The translations under genes were made by a program, and so were the position numbers. The notes under the pieces are model-generated. The model had not been told where the DNA came from. It worked only from the letters and a program-made list of their open reading frames with translations, and did not search any database. Positions 62,097 to 64,000 of a stretch of DNA of 64,000 nt are shown here, piece after piece (the first letter of the stretch is position 1; every line of letters starts with the position of its first letter). The stretch is from Lama glama (taxonomy: Eukaryota), in NCBI GenBank assembly GCA_028534125.1, contig CM052817.1, forward strand, positions 15,006,001-15,070,000. The letters are read 5' to 3'.

Positions 62097-64000
62097 ACAG
62101 AGTCTATAACAAAAAGCAATTTTGAAATGATAAAGGTCAAAAGACTGTGTCATAATTGTCCCAAGGAGCCAAATAGTAACTGATTCCAAGGGTTTCAGGC
62201 TTAGCTTTGGCAAAAGGATAACATTTGAGCTGGATCTTGAATAATGGGTAAAAGTAAGTGGAGGAGGGCATTGCTTAGCAAGTTCTTAACTGGTTAGTTA
62301 GTAGATAGAAAAGATGTAGAACATATCTGAAACTATGATGGGATATCTAGATGGCTTTTGACTCTCTCAGAAGAGATTCACTGGGGATCTATATGTTTTA
62401 TTGGTGTCCACACCTGCATCTGACATTCCATCTCTTCCAATCATTCTTCTTCAGAAATTGAAGCATCTACCTGCATCTGGGCAGGGGGTGACTGAAAAAT
62501 ATGATGCGGTCTGTACAGTACCAAGCCTTAATTACCCAGCACCCCCCATTTTTTAGTTTATTTTAAAAGATGCCATTTTAAGATTTGTATCACTACAATT
62601 ATGTTTCTAATGGGATTTTAATTGATTTTGAATCCAATTAAAGAAAATCTATTTTTAAAGCACATCTCAGCTGCTGCCACTCAGAAGTCACTCCAGGCTG
62701 GCACAGTATAAGTCATCGGACCATAATTTGAATGTATTCAGTGTGATCAGCCAGGGGGATTTGTGAATGACCTATATTTAATATTCTTTTAAAAACTGTC
62801 TTGATGTGTTTTGTACTTCTCAAGACTCTGTCTATGCTCTAGTGATATAAATAACTATGTTTACTAGAGAGAGTTCTATGGTCTTTTGGGTAAAAGTTAT
62901 TGGTTCAGCTTTAGGGAAAGGGACATTTTTTAGGATGCAGTGCCCCTCTGTCCATATATTGTCCGTAAATTATGATCTTTTACCCCCAAAGTCACCTCCG
63001 TTCTGAGCTCCTACAGAGAACTGTTTCAGATCATTAAGTATTTTCCCCCAGACTTGGTTCAGTTACACTGTTCACAAACCTAAACGTTTTAATGGTTCCT
63101 CTTCATCTTTTGAACAAACTCTACAATCATGGCTCTTTACACGTACAGTCTAAACCCAAACTTAAGTCAAACTCTAGTTGACTTGCTGTCCCTTCCTCCT
63201 ACTCCACTACTGTATACTCACTCATGTGGTTGCTTTTATTCTTTCTGCCTAGAATAAGACCAGTCAGAACAAACTTGAAGCCATGTTGTAGTTGAAACAA
63301 GGAAGGGAATGGATTGGTGGAATGGAAAGAGGAGATAGCCTCCCACGGTCCTCTCATTGACTCTCTACACTGGTAGAAAAGAGATGGAAAGTTCCAGAAT
63401 TTCTGGCAGCAAATCTAATACCATTTCTTCCTGAAACTATCAGTTAAAGTCTCAAACCTCAAATGCCAGTAGTCCGTAGCCAGGGGAAATTTCTACCCTT
63501 TGCATTTGTAAGTACTGGCATCAAGTGCTGTTTAAGAAGCATAATAAAAGTGGTGTTAAAAAAAACGGTGTTTAAAAAGTCAACACACAGCAGTCTCCCC
63601 ACTTTGAAGGGAGCCTTAACTGGAATGAGAAAGCTCTTTATAATGAATCCTTGTCTCAGCTGATCCTGGGAGGCTAGCCATCCACAGAAACCCACACAAT
63701 TCCAAGCTCCCTAACCACTGCAAAGCCCCAAACAATCACACAACTATAATAGCTTTGCTTGTTCTCAGGGTCCACCCTGCCACCAATGGGGGTCAGTGTT
63801 TCCAGGAGCCTGGCTGGACTGAGAGAACATGATTTTTACCCTTTTTTTCCAAAGATGGGTTTTATATATGAAAAGGCAAGCCTGTCTGTCAGAGGTTATC
63901 GAAGCTGTAGCTTGTAGACAAAGCAAGCTATCTGATCACAACCGGTTATTCCTCAGTATCCCCTGGGGTATTGTTTCCAGCTCCCCTGCAGACACCAACA

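Noticed and set aside
1..64000. CRISPR array, operon or prokaryotic-type defence system
   Set aside because: The window is clearly mammalian repeat-rich DNA, with no regularly spaced direct repeats or gene-dense ORFs.

Overview
This is mammalian non-coding DNA (intergenic or a large intron), most likely from a camelid (alpaca/llama/camel), because it carries three copies of a tRNA-Ala-derived SINE resembling the camelid vic-1 family. I found no host protein-coding gene, true RNA gene or CRISPR array. The only recognisable coding sequence is transposon debris: an L1 ORF2 C-terminus, ERVL RNase H/integrase, and a Tigger transposase. Much of the window is interspersed repeats (L1, L2, L3/CR1, MIR, MaLR/ERVL LTRs, hAT-Charlie and Tigger elements) plus microsatellites, separated by unique blocks that look like candidate cis-regulatory DNA. 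The most notable items are: a SINE joined to an L1 3' end inside one target-site duplication (TSD) at 16296-17321; a four-layer nested transposon stack at 17641-22673; three near-solitary poly(A) insertions with TSDs; and several transcription-factor/CTCF motif clusters. Repeat family names come from my recall of consensus sequences, not a database search, so subfamily labels and boundaries are approximate. I see no convincing evidence of a wholly new biological system.
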